Source of the DNA: Candidatus Obscuribacterales bacterium
Lineage (GTDB): Bacteria; Cyanobacteriota; Vampirovibrionia; Obscuribacterales; Obscuribacteraceae
Direction of reading: 5' to 3'
Length of the DNA: 64,000 bases
Assembly (NCBI GenBank): GCA_965228855.1
Contig: CBDDIJ010000003.1
Coordinates: 2,112,001-2,176,000, forward strand
Shown here: piece after piece, positions 47,927-56,902 of the stretch
Layout: each line of letters starts with the position of its first letter
Numbering within the stretch: position 1 is the first letter of the stretch
Notes under the pieces: generated by a model
Seen by the model: the letters and a program-made list of their open reading frames with translations, nothing else
What the model was told of the DNA's origin: nothing
The model's database searches: none
Translations under genes and position numbers: made by a program

Positions 47927-48509
47927 AAATTCCGGTTCCCACCGCATTAAATCTCTTTGGGAAGCAGCCGTTCAACACAGTTCCGACTGCACGTAAAACG
48001 CTCATTCGCGTAGCAACCCAAACCAAGCCGAAATCGCCTCGAAGAAATTCGGGGCGTTTTTGGCAAAACCTCGTTAACTCACAAGCAAGCAAAGTCTTTA
48101 GAAGCCCAGGAGCTTAATTTCGTCTCACCAAAGGCAGCTAGTCCTGGGATACAACCCCAGCAAGCAATCAACAGTCGAATAGCGCATTAATCACGGATGC
48201 GGGAAATACCGCCAAGAGACTTGCCAGCCATCCGAAAGTTTGGTGCCGGCAAGAGCGGTTAGTCCTGATGTGGACAGAAAAGCCCCAAGACTAGCCGAAT
48301 GTTAGACCTCATAACTGTTCCAACTTAAATGTATATCGAATTCCGCTACCACCGGAAGTGATTTCGCTTCGAATAACTTTGTTACGTTTTCCGAAGCCCA
48401 CCAATTGTAGTTTTCCGGGTTCGATCCATATAATCGTTCCCAACGTCTTCGGTATCCCAGTTTCTGGACGTAAATTTCAAACCAAATAAGATTGATGGTG
48501 GAGGACTCC

Positions 48510-49070
48510 ATGCAACTCAAACGTACTTCGACTCTTTTCTCAATTGCTCTGGCTCTCGTCGCAACAGCAATTTTTGATGCTCCGGCTTCGGCTCAGAAAG
48601 CGGCTTCCCCTTCCACAGTGAAGATCGGCTACTTCAACCTCACTATGGTTAAAGCCAAAACCCCGGCAGGCGATGCAGACGCATTGAAGAACCAAGCCGA
48701 AGGTCAACTTCGTCGCGATATCGAGACCGGTCAAAAGGCAATCGAAAAAGCACGCGCCGACAAAAAGACCGAAGCTGAAATCAAAGATATCGTCAAACAA
48801 GTTCAAACAGAACTGGCTGCCAAACAGCAAGCACTGTTCCAACTCGTTCAATCAGCAACTCTTCAAGACACACAAAGACTGGTTCAAGCAGTCAACGTCG
48901 TCGCCAAGAAAAAAGGTCTCGACCTGATCGTTGATGCCAACGCAGTTTACGCTGGTGGCAAAGAAGTTCTCGACAAAGGCATCGACGTCACCAACGACGT
49001 AATCGAAGCAGTCAACCCGATGGCAGCAATCGACCGCGCCGCAGAATCGAAGAAAGAAGCTTCCGAGTAG
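48510..49070 (+). CDS. skp: OmpH/Skp periplasmic chaperone family
   Basis: ATG follows GGAGGA. Signal peptide, 'KIGYFN', coiled coil, 'VAKKKGLDLIVD...V...DVT.DVI'. Confidence 0.85.
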   Translation: MQLKRTSTLFSIALALVATAIFDAPASAQKAASPSTVKIGYFNLTMVKAKTPAGDADALKNQAEGQLRRDIETGQKAIEKARADKKTEAEIKDIVKQVQTELAAKQQALFQLVQSATLQDTQRLVQAVNVVAKKKGLDLIVDANAVYAGGKEVLDKGIDVTNDVIEAVNPMAAIDRAAESKKEASE

Positions 49071-49100
49071 TCGTTCTTCAACTCAGCTGAATAGGTTATC

Positions 49101-49133
49101 GAAAGGGCCGGTTTTACCGGTCCTTTCATTTTT
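49101..49133 (+). terminator. Rho-independent terminator after skp
   Basis: GAAAGGGCCGG-tttta-CCGGTCCTTTC followed by ATTTTT. Confidence 0.8.
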
Positions 49134-49175
49134 GTCGTTGTGCTACCTTATATAGACAGAAACAGCGAGGCGCGA

Positions 49176-49661
49176 ATGACCAGTCCATACGAAGAAGATA
49201 CGATTCTCAAGGTCGGCGACCCTGCACCACAATTTTCGCTGGAATCATATCCCGCGGGTCAGGTGAGTCTGAAAGACTTTTTTGGGAAACAGAATGTGAT
49301 CCTCGCGTTCTACCCCAAAGACAATACGCCAGGATGTACAAAGGAAATGTGCACCTTCAGCGAGCGCCGTCAGGAATTCGCAAGTGCTAATACTGTTATT
49401 CTTGGTGTCTCCACGGACGATACCACTAGTCACAAAGACTTCGCTACTCAATACGGTTTGCTAAATCAATTGCTGTCCGACACCTCCCGCGAAACCGGCA
49501 TGGCTTATGGCGCGGTGCGAGGCGATCGCGTTATGGCAGATCGGGTTCTTTTCGTCATCGACAAGAAAGGTATGATTCGGCACGTTCATTCCGGACAGCC
49601 TGATTTCGATGAGCTGTTGGAAATTGTCACAGCATTGGAAAAACTGCAAGCGGATAGTTAG
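49176..49661 (+). CDS. bcp: Peroxiredoxin, BCP/PrxQ type
   Basis: 'GDPAPQFSL', 'FYPKDNTPGCTKEMC', 'GVSTD', 'RVLFVID'. Confidence 0.9.
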   Translation: MTSPYEEDTILKVGDPAPQFSLESYPAGQVSLKDFFGKQNVILAFYPKDNTPGCTKEMCTFSERRQEFASANTVILGVSTDDTTSHKDFATQYGLLNQLLSDTSRETGMAYGAVRGDRVMADRVLFVIDKKGMIRHVHSGQPDFDELLEIVTALEKLQADS

Positions 49662-49666
49662 CGTTC

Positions 49667-52246
49667 TTGAGTAACTCTGACCTCGAATTTGAGAACTATG
49701 AAATCGTCTCCAAGCTTGGAGAGGGTGGATTCAGCAACGTCTACCTGGCGATCCAAAAAACATTGGATCGAAGAGTTGTTCTGAAGGTTTTAAAAACAAA
49801 CTCAATAAACAACCGCGCGATCGTTAGATTCCAAAACGAAGCCAAAGCACTTAGCAAACTCAACCATCCCAATATCGCCTCGGTCTATGATTTTGGGCAG
49901 TCGTCAAAGGGAGATCTCTATCTCACCATCGAGTTTGTCGACGGCGACGATTTATCCACCCTGATTCAACAGCAAGAATTCATCGAAGTCGATGATGCGA
50001 TCGACATCATAATTCAGCTATGTAAAGCCCTCGATCATGCTCACCAACTCGGAATTATCCATCGTGACATCAAGCCGGCCAACGTAGTAATAACCCACTC
50101 GAGCACACCCGAAGGTGAGGCTGACATCAGCCGGCTGCACGCGAAACTGCTGGACTTCGGAATATCGAAATTGACCGAGGACGCCACCGAATTTAGTGCC
50201 GTTACGGTCGGCTCGAATCTGCTCGGTTCACCGCTGTTCATGAGCCCCGAGCAGTGTGAAGGAAAACCGATTTCGAAGTTCAGCGACCACTATTCACTTG
50301 GATGTGTTTTCTACAATATGCTCTGCGGGCAGCCTCCGTTTTTAGGCGAAACAGCGCTGTTGACCATGATGATGCATCAAAACGAACAAGCCGAACCATT
50401 ATCGAAAGTATCATCGCAGGATCTTCCCGACGGGATTGAAAAGATAGTCAACAAATTGATGTCTAAAAATCCAGGTGAGCGATACGCCTGCCTCTTGCAG
50501 GTCATCGAAGAACTTGAAAGTTTACGCACGCCGCCAGTCGAAAGTGAAGATACAGCCGACCCGGAGCCGCCTACTGCGCAGCGCAAATTCAGCAAGGCAA
50601 TGTTAGTCGGAGTAACATCAGTTCTTCTGTCTGTCAGTGCCGTTGCGCTCTCGTTGTTGTTCTTAAATATGAAAAATGACCTTTCATCTTCTGGCACCGA
50701 GTCTGGTGACAAAGCTACTGACTCGCTTTTTCCGCCACTTCCGACGACAGAGGAATCTTTCCAGAGAAAAGCTCAATCTCAGAAGGATTTCGAATATATC
50801 AATAAGCTTGCGGGCGACGAAGATATGCCTGAGATAGCTAGAAATCCCAAAATTCAGGTTGTGAACATTCCCAAAACGGGTATCACCGGCAATGCCCTGA
50901 GAGCTCTAAAATCTCTGAAATTAATGGTTCTAGATGTTTCTTACTGCAAATACCTGGGATCGTTAGACTTTTTAGAAGATCTTCCCTGGATTCAAATTCT
51001 TGATCTACATGATACCGAGATTGGTGACAAAGATTTGGCTTATGTGAGCAAACTCAAGAATCTCAAAGGGTTGAGAATTGATGGCTGTAAGCTCACTAAT
51101 AGCGGGTTGAGGCAACTTTTGAAGTCAGACTCGCTTGTTAAAGTTATGCTGCCTACCAACGCGGCGGTCGATCTACAAACTATCAAGAAGTTACATGAGG
51201 AACTTCCGCAATGCTCATTTCTTCCACGTTATAAGAAGAGCAAGATCGACTTGCGCACCGAGCAGCTCGGCATAAGCGATCCGTACAAATTAGCGATTGA
51301 GCTCAACAAAACTCCTCATTTGAGACAAACATCAACTTGCTACCTGAAAAATTTAGCCACCATATGCCAGATCCTCCTCATATCCGGCAAATCGGAAGAG
51401 GCAGGGAAGAACATCAAGCGACTCACGACGCTGAGCTTGCAGAGCGGAAATCAGAATGCAATTGCAACGGCGTATCACACTCGTGCCGAGTATGAAGCGA
51501 ATCATGGAAATTTTGCCGAGGCATACTATCTAAGCGAAAAATCACTTCCATTGTTTCGTGCCACAGTGCAGGTAGGTGATCCGGCGATTGTATCTGTCTA
51601 TCATGCATTCAACATCCTTTTATCGAGAATTGGCCACAAAGAAAGAGCAGTGACCGTCGCCGAGGAAGGACTTAAATTATTTGAGCAGTATCATGAACCC
51701 AATCTTGACCGCTCAGTAAAGCAGCATCCTTCGTCCGCGCCAATGGACGCGGTCGCAATGCGTGAGATGGTCGGTCTCTACTACTTATACGATAAACATA
51801 ACAGGGCAAAGGCAGCACCGCTGTTTGCAAAAAATATTGAGCTCCTCAACTGGCTGACCCCCAGTGCGAATGTGCTAAAGGCCAGAAATCTTATCGAATT
51901 AGCTCATAGCGAGACAAATAAAGACAAACGAATGCGACACTATTTAGAGGGAATGACTATCGTCAAAGATCTGAATTTCCCCGACGAAGATAATGCCATA
52001 ACGAGCTACTGTGATGCCGCTTTTAGCCTGGCTCAGCTCTATGACGAACAGTCAAATTCAGAGGCGGCAATCATCGAATTGCATCGAGCGCTCGCAGCGT
52101 TGCAACGCCAGAAAACTCTCGACACCTCTCGCGACGAGGTCTATCGCAAGGCACTCTTTCAATACCTCTCGAAGGCAGGAAAAACAGCAGAGGCTCACTC
52201 TGCCGCGGAAGAATTCGAGCATCGTTATCACAAGAAACCAATTTAG
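49667..52246 (+). CDS. Hanks-type Ser/Thr kinase - TM - LRR - TPR-like receptor
   Basis: 'LGEGGFSNVY', 'HRDIKPAN', 'DFG', 'GSPLFMSPE'. One TM, LRR 'L..LDVSYC...I.ILDLHDT..L..LRIDGC', helical repeats. Confidence 0.9.
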   Translation: MSNSDLEFENYEIVSKLGEGGFSNVYLAIQKTLDRRVVLKVLKTNSINNRAIVRFQNEAKALSKLNHPNIASVYDFGQSSKGDLYLTIEFVDGDDLSTLIQQQEFIEVDDAIDIIIQLCKALDHAHQLGIIHRDIKPANVVITHSSTPEGEADISRLHAKLLDFGISKLTEDATEFSAVTVGSNLLGSPLFMSPEQCEGKPISKFSDHYSLGCVFYNMLCGQPPFLGETALLTMMMHQNEQAEPLSKVSSQDLPDGIEKIVNKLMSKNPGERYACLLQVIEELESLRTPPVESEDTADPEPPTAQRKFSKAMLVGVTSVLLSVSAVALSLLFLNMKNDLSSSGTESGDKATDSLFPPLPTTEESFQRKAQSQKDFEYINKLAGDEDMPEIARNPKIQVVNIPKTGITGNALRALKSLKLMVLDVSYCKYLGSLDFLEDLPWIQILDLHDTEIGDKDLAYVSKLKNLKGLRIDGCKLTNSGLRQLLKSDSLVKVMLPTNAAVDLQTIKKLHEELPQCSFLPRYKKSKIDLRTEQLGISDPYKLAIELNKTPHLRQTSTCYLKNLATICQILLISGKSEEAGKNIKRLTTLSLQSGNQNAIATAYHTRAEYEANHGNFAEAYYLSEKSLPLFRATVQVGDPAIVSVYHAFNILLSRIGHKERAVTVAEEGLKLFEQYHEPNLDRSVKQHPSSAPMDAVAMREMVGLYYLYDKHNRAKAAPLFAKNIELLNWLTPSANVLKARNLIELAHSETNKDKRMRHYLEGMTIVKDLNFPDEDNAITSYCDAAFSLAQLYDEQSNSEAAIIELHRALAALQRQKTLDTSRDEVYRKALFQYLSKAGKTAEAHSAAEEFEHRYHKKPI

Positions 52247-52369
52247 CCGGTGGAGACGTTCTTGTCGCTATCAATACCGGAAGCTCGCTCGTCGCTTCCA
52301 TTACCAGTGGTATCGCCAACGGTGCATAAAGGCAACGCGGCATTCAACCGGCGCATGGCACGCTCGGAA

Positions 52370-53593
52370 CTACACCCAGCTCCACTGCATGCGTTGAGGA
52401 ACGCGCATGTTTAGCTCTTCAAGAGCCTCATCAAGACTGATGTCTTTCTTCACGCAAAGTCCCAGCAATTCCACCGCTTGTGTTCGAGGAAGATACCCGA
52501 AGCGCATCAGAGTTTGAACCCGAAGGGTTTTGTAGAGGACTTCCTCAGTGAGTAACTTAGAGTCTAGAAGCAGCTTGCCAATTTTGACGGCACTATCGGT
52601 ATTTGCCATCGCCTGTTCCAATTCCTCGCGTTTGCAAACCTCAGACTCTACGAGCAGGTCTCCCAGCCTCGTGTTTGAATCCGGCTTGTGCAGCAATTGA
52701 TATTCCGCGATTGTTGCGTACACATCGCTGTTCTCTTTGATTACTCGGCGAAGCGCTTCTGCCGCTTGGAAAGGCTTCAACGTACCCTTATTTATACTGC
52801 CCTGCAATGTCTCAGCCGATTCAAGCTGGTCTCGAGTAATAATGCCTCTTTCGACAAGAATCTGGCCAAAGGGCTTTTTCTTGAAAAGCTCTATTTCCAG
52901 ACACTCAGCCATCTCCTCCATCGTCACGAGGTTGGCCATCTCGAACAGCTCGCCAACGCGAGTAGTCTTAGCGTCAGGGTGAATGAAAAAGCCCAGCTCG
53001 AATAAAGCCTGCTCGAAGGAGACTTCGCGTTTTCTCGCATAACGCAGTCCCTGCGCGGCTTTATCCTTATCAAGACCGGTCTCTCTCATCATGTATACAG
53101 CACTCAGCGCCGTATACAGCTGTTTGGTAGTCAGTTTGTCATCCGTGAGCAGCCACTGGCCGATCATCATGCCGGCGTCTGTTGAGTGCTTAAGCGCATT
53201 GCCCAGGTCTTCCCGACTCAGCATCTTGGCGGACATCAGCAGCTGAGTAAGTTCGTTCGTAGCAGATACGACAATATGAGTCTGCTGGTGCAGCTTTTCA
53301 ATCGACTTGACTGCGTCTTCAAGAGAAACTTTGTTCTGTATCACCAGGCGAACAGCTCTGATGGCCATATCTAGCGTTATCTTTTTCTCTTCTACTTGCT
53401 TGAGCGCCTTTATGGGCGCTTCTAGTTTATCGGCTTCCGTAATTCCAGCGTCTACTAATGCTTCCTGGAGTTCGAGGTCTAGCTCGGCAGCGAGCTTGGT
53501 TCCGGCTTCAACTTGCTCGCGAGTTAAGACACCACTGCCCAGGAGTATTGGCACGAGCTGGGAGGACTGAGTATCTTTACTGGATGTGGTCAC
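52370..53593 (-). CDS. Stand-alone protein of tandem MshEN-like (GspE N-terminal) repeats
   Basis: Eight motifs such as 'RVGELFEMANLVT', 'FGQILVERGIIT', 'RLGDLLVESEVC', 'KIGKLLLDSKLLT'. GTG at 53593 assumed. Confidence 0.7.
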   Translation of the reverse strand: MTTSSKDTQSSQLVPILLGSGVLTREQVEAGTKLAAELDLELQEALVDAGITEADKLEAPIKALKQVEEKKITLDMAIRAVRLVIQNKVSLEDAVKSIEKLHQQTHIVVSATNELTQLLMSAKMLSREDLGNALKHSTDAGMMIGQWLLTDDKLTTKQLYTALSAVYMMRETGLDKDKAAQGLRYARKREVSFEQALFELGFFIHPDAKTTRVGELFEMANLVTMEEMAECLEIELFKKKPFGQILVERGIITRDQLESAETLQGSINKGTLKPFQAAEALRRVIKENSDVYATIAEYQLLHKPDSNTRLGDLLVESEVCKREELEQAMANTDSAVKIGKLLLDSKLLTEEVLYKTLRVQTLMRFGYLPRTQAVELLGLCVKKDISLDEALEELNMRVPQRMQWSWV

Positions 53594-53943
53594 CTTTGCA
53601 CCTTGATAAAAAAATGCGTTTTCTCGGTCCATCTCGCCATGGACACTATTCAAATGTTACCCGAAATTTGGGTTTCACATCCTTTGTTTGAACACGATTT
53701 TTATCCGGTATATGCAATCGGGCTCGGCTTGGACAGAATTCTGCAAGGGAGCCGAAGCAGCACCGCCGCACTTTATCGGTCCGGTCCTGGTCCCCAAGTC
53801 GGTCCGGACCTGGCGCCCGAGTCGATCGAATTCGGGTCTGCCAGTCGATCCAACGTTCGTCAGTGGTAGGGTCTTGGCAGTTGTTATCGCCGCGTCAGTA
53901 TTAATGTCCGTGTCGGTCTTTGCCGTTTCGCGTCGTGCTCATC

Positions 53944-55578
53944 TCAGTCATATTCGCCTTCGATAAACCAGGTTTGACACTCGTGGTCGTAAACAAGCAG
54001 CATCATCAGCATCAGATCACTGGCTGCCGGCTGAACCAGAGCCGTGTAATACGACTTGCGCACAGGCTCTTCCCACCACAACCCAGAAAGGCATTCCGGG
54101 TTGGTGATGCTTTGAATTCTGTACAGCCGCCCCTCATAGGTAAAGGCCTGCGGCTTTGTCTTGTGAACCTCCATAAAAACGGCGATCGGACTCGGGTGCC
54201 TTTTCAGAACCAATCCGGAAACTAGCCCGGCGGTGCCTGTTTTCTCTTTGACGTAGTCAACGGCAATCGCGAGCCGCTTCCTTTCGGAAGAGACCACCGA
54301 CAACTCCCTTTTGCCGGAATTCCTTTTGCCTTTTGACGACCGCGTTTGCGTCTCCGTCTGCTTGCGCGACGAGATGGCTGGTTGCCATTCTCCGGCTCGG
54401 TCGGGTGTGTATTGATCAACGGGTACGGGCTTGACGAGAACATTGTCACCTCCATATCGAGTGTTTAACTTTTGAACAAGCAGCAAAAATGATTCTGAGA
54501 AAACGCCGTTCTCTTCGCTTGGAATAATGCCGCTGGCATCGTTAGACAGCACCGGCATTTGCTTGAATACTTCAATCGAAGTCCTGGAGACAATCAGGCG
54601 GAGACTGGTAAACTCCTTTTCAAGCCGTTTGTTCTCAATTGATAATCGCAATACTTCCAGTAAAAATTTGCTCTGGCTCGAAGGACGAATTAATCGAACG
54701 GTTCGCTCATCAAACAAATCCTCATCCGAATAAAAACAGACTACAATTTCCTCCGCACATAACCCCTTTTCTATCAATAATTGGGTGAGCCGATCGAGCA
54801 TTGACTTAATCACAAAAAGCGTGTCGTTGAGAGCTTCTATGGGACCACCCATATCAACGTAACACTGAAACTCGGTTTCAATTTTCGGCAAAGAGGGCTG
54901 ACGTGCGTCAATACCAGAAGCCAGGCTGTAGGCAAGCAATCCTTCTGATTCAAATCGCGATGCCACCTCATCAACGGGCAATGCGGTCAACTGACCCATT
55001 CGTTCGATTCCTAGCCCATAGAAGATCTCTCTGAGCTCACTTTTGATTGGCAGAAAATCAATTGAAAGCGTTGACAGAAACTGCCGATCCTTGCCATGCT
55101 CCACTATGTGCCAGCGACATTTTTTATTTTGCGCCGCCACAATTGCAGCAAAAGCACTGTCAGCCATTCCGATACTACATTCGGTGTATCCTTTCCGACT
55201 TACAAATTTCAAAACGTCTCTTGCGAAATAATTTTCACCTCCTAGAAGTGAGAGTCCATCGGCATCTATCAGGAAAGTTCCGACCTGACATGCCGACACT
55301 CGCGGAGAACAAGCCACCAATTCAGCAAGCATTTCCTTCTGCGCTTTTATATAAATGTGTTCGTCGTAATCCCTCCAAATTAGTTCAGAACAAACAGCTC
55401 TTGCTTCAGAGAGTCTCATGCCGACTCTGACGTATTTCCGCTCAGCCTCAGCCGAACAAAGTAAAACCCTTGATCGTCCGCCGATTAAAACAAATGGCTT
55501 TCCCTTAAGCTCAGGCTCATGCTTTTGCTGTACGACGATCTGGAATCTGGGGATGCGTAAACAAGCGATTCGGGACAT
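53944..55578 (-). CDS. imuB: ImuB (catalytically inactive Y-family polymerase homolog)
   Basis: 'RIACL..PRF', 'G...GM.LSEARA', 'SPRV'. Clamp-motif-like 'QMPVL'. C-terminal 'PE.L...WW...R.YY...W...G.YD'. Confidence 0.88.
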   Translation of the reverse strand: MSRIACLRIPRFQIVVQQKHEPELKGKPFVLIGGRSRVLLCSAEAERKYVRVGMRLSEARAVCSELIWRDYDEHIYIKAQKEMLAELVACSPRVSACQVGTFLIDADGLSLLGGENYFARDVLKFVSRKGYTECSIGMADSAFAAIVAAQNKKCRWHIVEHGKDRQFLSTLSIDFLPIKSELREIFYGLGIERMGQLTALPVDEVASRFESEGLLAYSLASGIDARQPSLPKIETEFQCYVDMGGPIEALNDTLFVIKSMLDRLTQLLIEKGLCAEEIVVCFYSDEDLFDERTVRLIRPSSQSKFLLEVLRLSIENKRLEKEFTSLRLIVSRTSIEVFKQMPVLSNDASGIIPSEENGVFSESFLLLVQKLNTRYGGDNVLVKPVPVDQYTPDRAGEWQPAISSRKQTETQTRSSKGKRNSGKRELSVVSSERKRLAIAVDYVKEKTGTAGLVSGLVLKRHPSPIAVFMEVHKTKPQAFTYEGRLYRIQSITNPECLSGLWWEEPVRKSYYTALVQPAASDLMLMMLLVYDHECQTWFIEGEYD

Positions 55579-56380
55579 GAGTATTCAACCTGGTTTCCAT
55601 ATTCTGTGTCATACCATCACGAGAAATAAATCCTTGAATGGCAGGTGTAATCATGGCAATGCCATTCATACCGTTTTCATAACTAATCGGAGCCGTCCAT
55701 TTGAATTGCATACTGGTATGAGTACCCCAGCCACTACCTGTGGTGCCATTCAAATTGGCTCTAAAATGCTGATCCCTCAAAATAATCAATGCAGACTTTG
55801 AACGTTCCAGAGCTCTTTTCAAGCGCGCAAAGGTTCTATCCGAAAGAGATATCGATGCGCCCATATCAAATACAATGGCATCAAAAACGGCGCTTCGAAT
55901 CAATTGTTCTACCACCCAACAGGCTTCCAGACGGATGTCCTTTTTTCGGGCAACGTTGTTTTCAGCTTCATCCGAATTGTCCTGCTGAGCGAGATTTTCA
56001 CTGACTCTCACCGCAAAGAATTCACCGTTAGTGTGGCTCTTTCGTTGCATCATATTCAGTGGCACAGGTCCACACAAACCTTCGCGCACGAAAGCCCAAT
56101 CCCCAGCAACCAAGCGGCTGAAAGTGTCTACATATGCTACATTCAACCCGCTTGCGCACCAGTAAGTTACTGCCCCTCTAAGCAGCGTAGACTTGCCGGA
56201 AGAAGAAATTCCCGTCCATTCACTGATTTGTCGTCTGGCAAACCCGGAAGCGATACCAGCATCGATATCACGAATCCCGGTACGCAGGATTTTGTCACCA
56301 TCTGCCCCGGTGAGCCATTTCCCGGGAAACAGCTGCTCGAGTTGTTGTTTTAAGACGGCTACATTTGCATTCATGCGCAT
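55517..56380 (-). CDS. imuA: ImuA (RecA-like protein)
   Basis: 'LRTGI.DID', 'ISEWTG.SSSGKST', 'VAYVD', 'EQLIRS..FDAIVFD', 'RLKRA.E'. Overlaps the imuB start. Confidence 0.8.
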   Translation of the reverse strand: MRMNANVAVLKQQLEQLFPGKWLTGADGDKILRTGIRDIDAGIASGFARRQISEWTGISSSGKSTLLRGAVTYWCASGLNVAYVDTFSRLVAGDWAFVREGLCGPVPLNMMQRKSHTNGEFFAVRVSENLAQQDNSDEAENNVARKKDIRLEACWVVEQLIRSAVFDAIVFDMGASISLSDRTFARLKRALERSKSALIILRDQHFRANLNGTTGSGWGTHTSMQFKWTAPISYENGMNGIAMITPAIQGFISRDGMTQNMETRLNTHVPNRLFTHPQIPDRRTAKA

Positions 56381-56656
56381 CACCACTTCTGCCTGACAAG
56401 AAGTCAGCCAGTCCAAAGCCACCACCAACTAAGCAAGCACACAGACTTACAACGACGTTTTGGCGCCGCCTCCACGGCGTTAGAACCTCGAAGCAATTCC
56501 AACGACTTCTTCCGTCGCCTACAAGCAATTAGTAGACAGCAAACCGCGCAAGAAACGCGAGACTTTCACCCCGCCTTCCACACACAGCCTCCGCCTGAGC
56601 AAATCTCTCAGCCGCAGCAGCTGCTACTAACCCCTACTTTTACAACCAGTAAAACC

Positions 56657-56685
56657 ATTCTACCCATACATCCGTATGGCGTCAA
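56657..56685 (-). promoter_or_regulatory. imuA-imuB promoter with candidate SOS box CATAC-N4-GTATG
   Basis: Minus strand: TTGACG (56685-56680), 17 bp, TAGAAT (56662-56657). CATACatccGTATG at 56665-56678 (extends to CCATAC-N4-GTATGG). Confidence 0.78.
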
Positions 56686-56902
56686 GTAAAAATCCGCCTA
56701 TCGGCAAAGCCATCCCCGCCCCCAGCGCCCGCATAACCCTCAAAATCCCCACCACGTGGGAAAAACCGCCCCCCGCGGTCACAAATAAGTCACGCAACAT
56801 CCATAAACTCAATTCATAAGGCTGAACAAGCCTTCGAGAAATCGATGAGTCTCTGACTGGCGTTGACGGGACAACTATCGACCCCATCACCAAAAACGGT
56901 GT

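Noticed and set aside
48200..48290. Cobalamin riboswitch (GAGACTTGCC) or hammerhead (CTGATG...GAAA)
   Set aside because: The remaining conserved elements (B12 box context; CUGAUGA plus stem II and the GAAA-UH junction) are absent.
53594..53943. Gene between imuB and the MshEN-repeat gene
   Set aside because: The ORF coupled to the imuB stop is only about 16 codons. The plus-strand ORFs lack SD or protein-like features.
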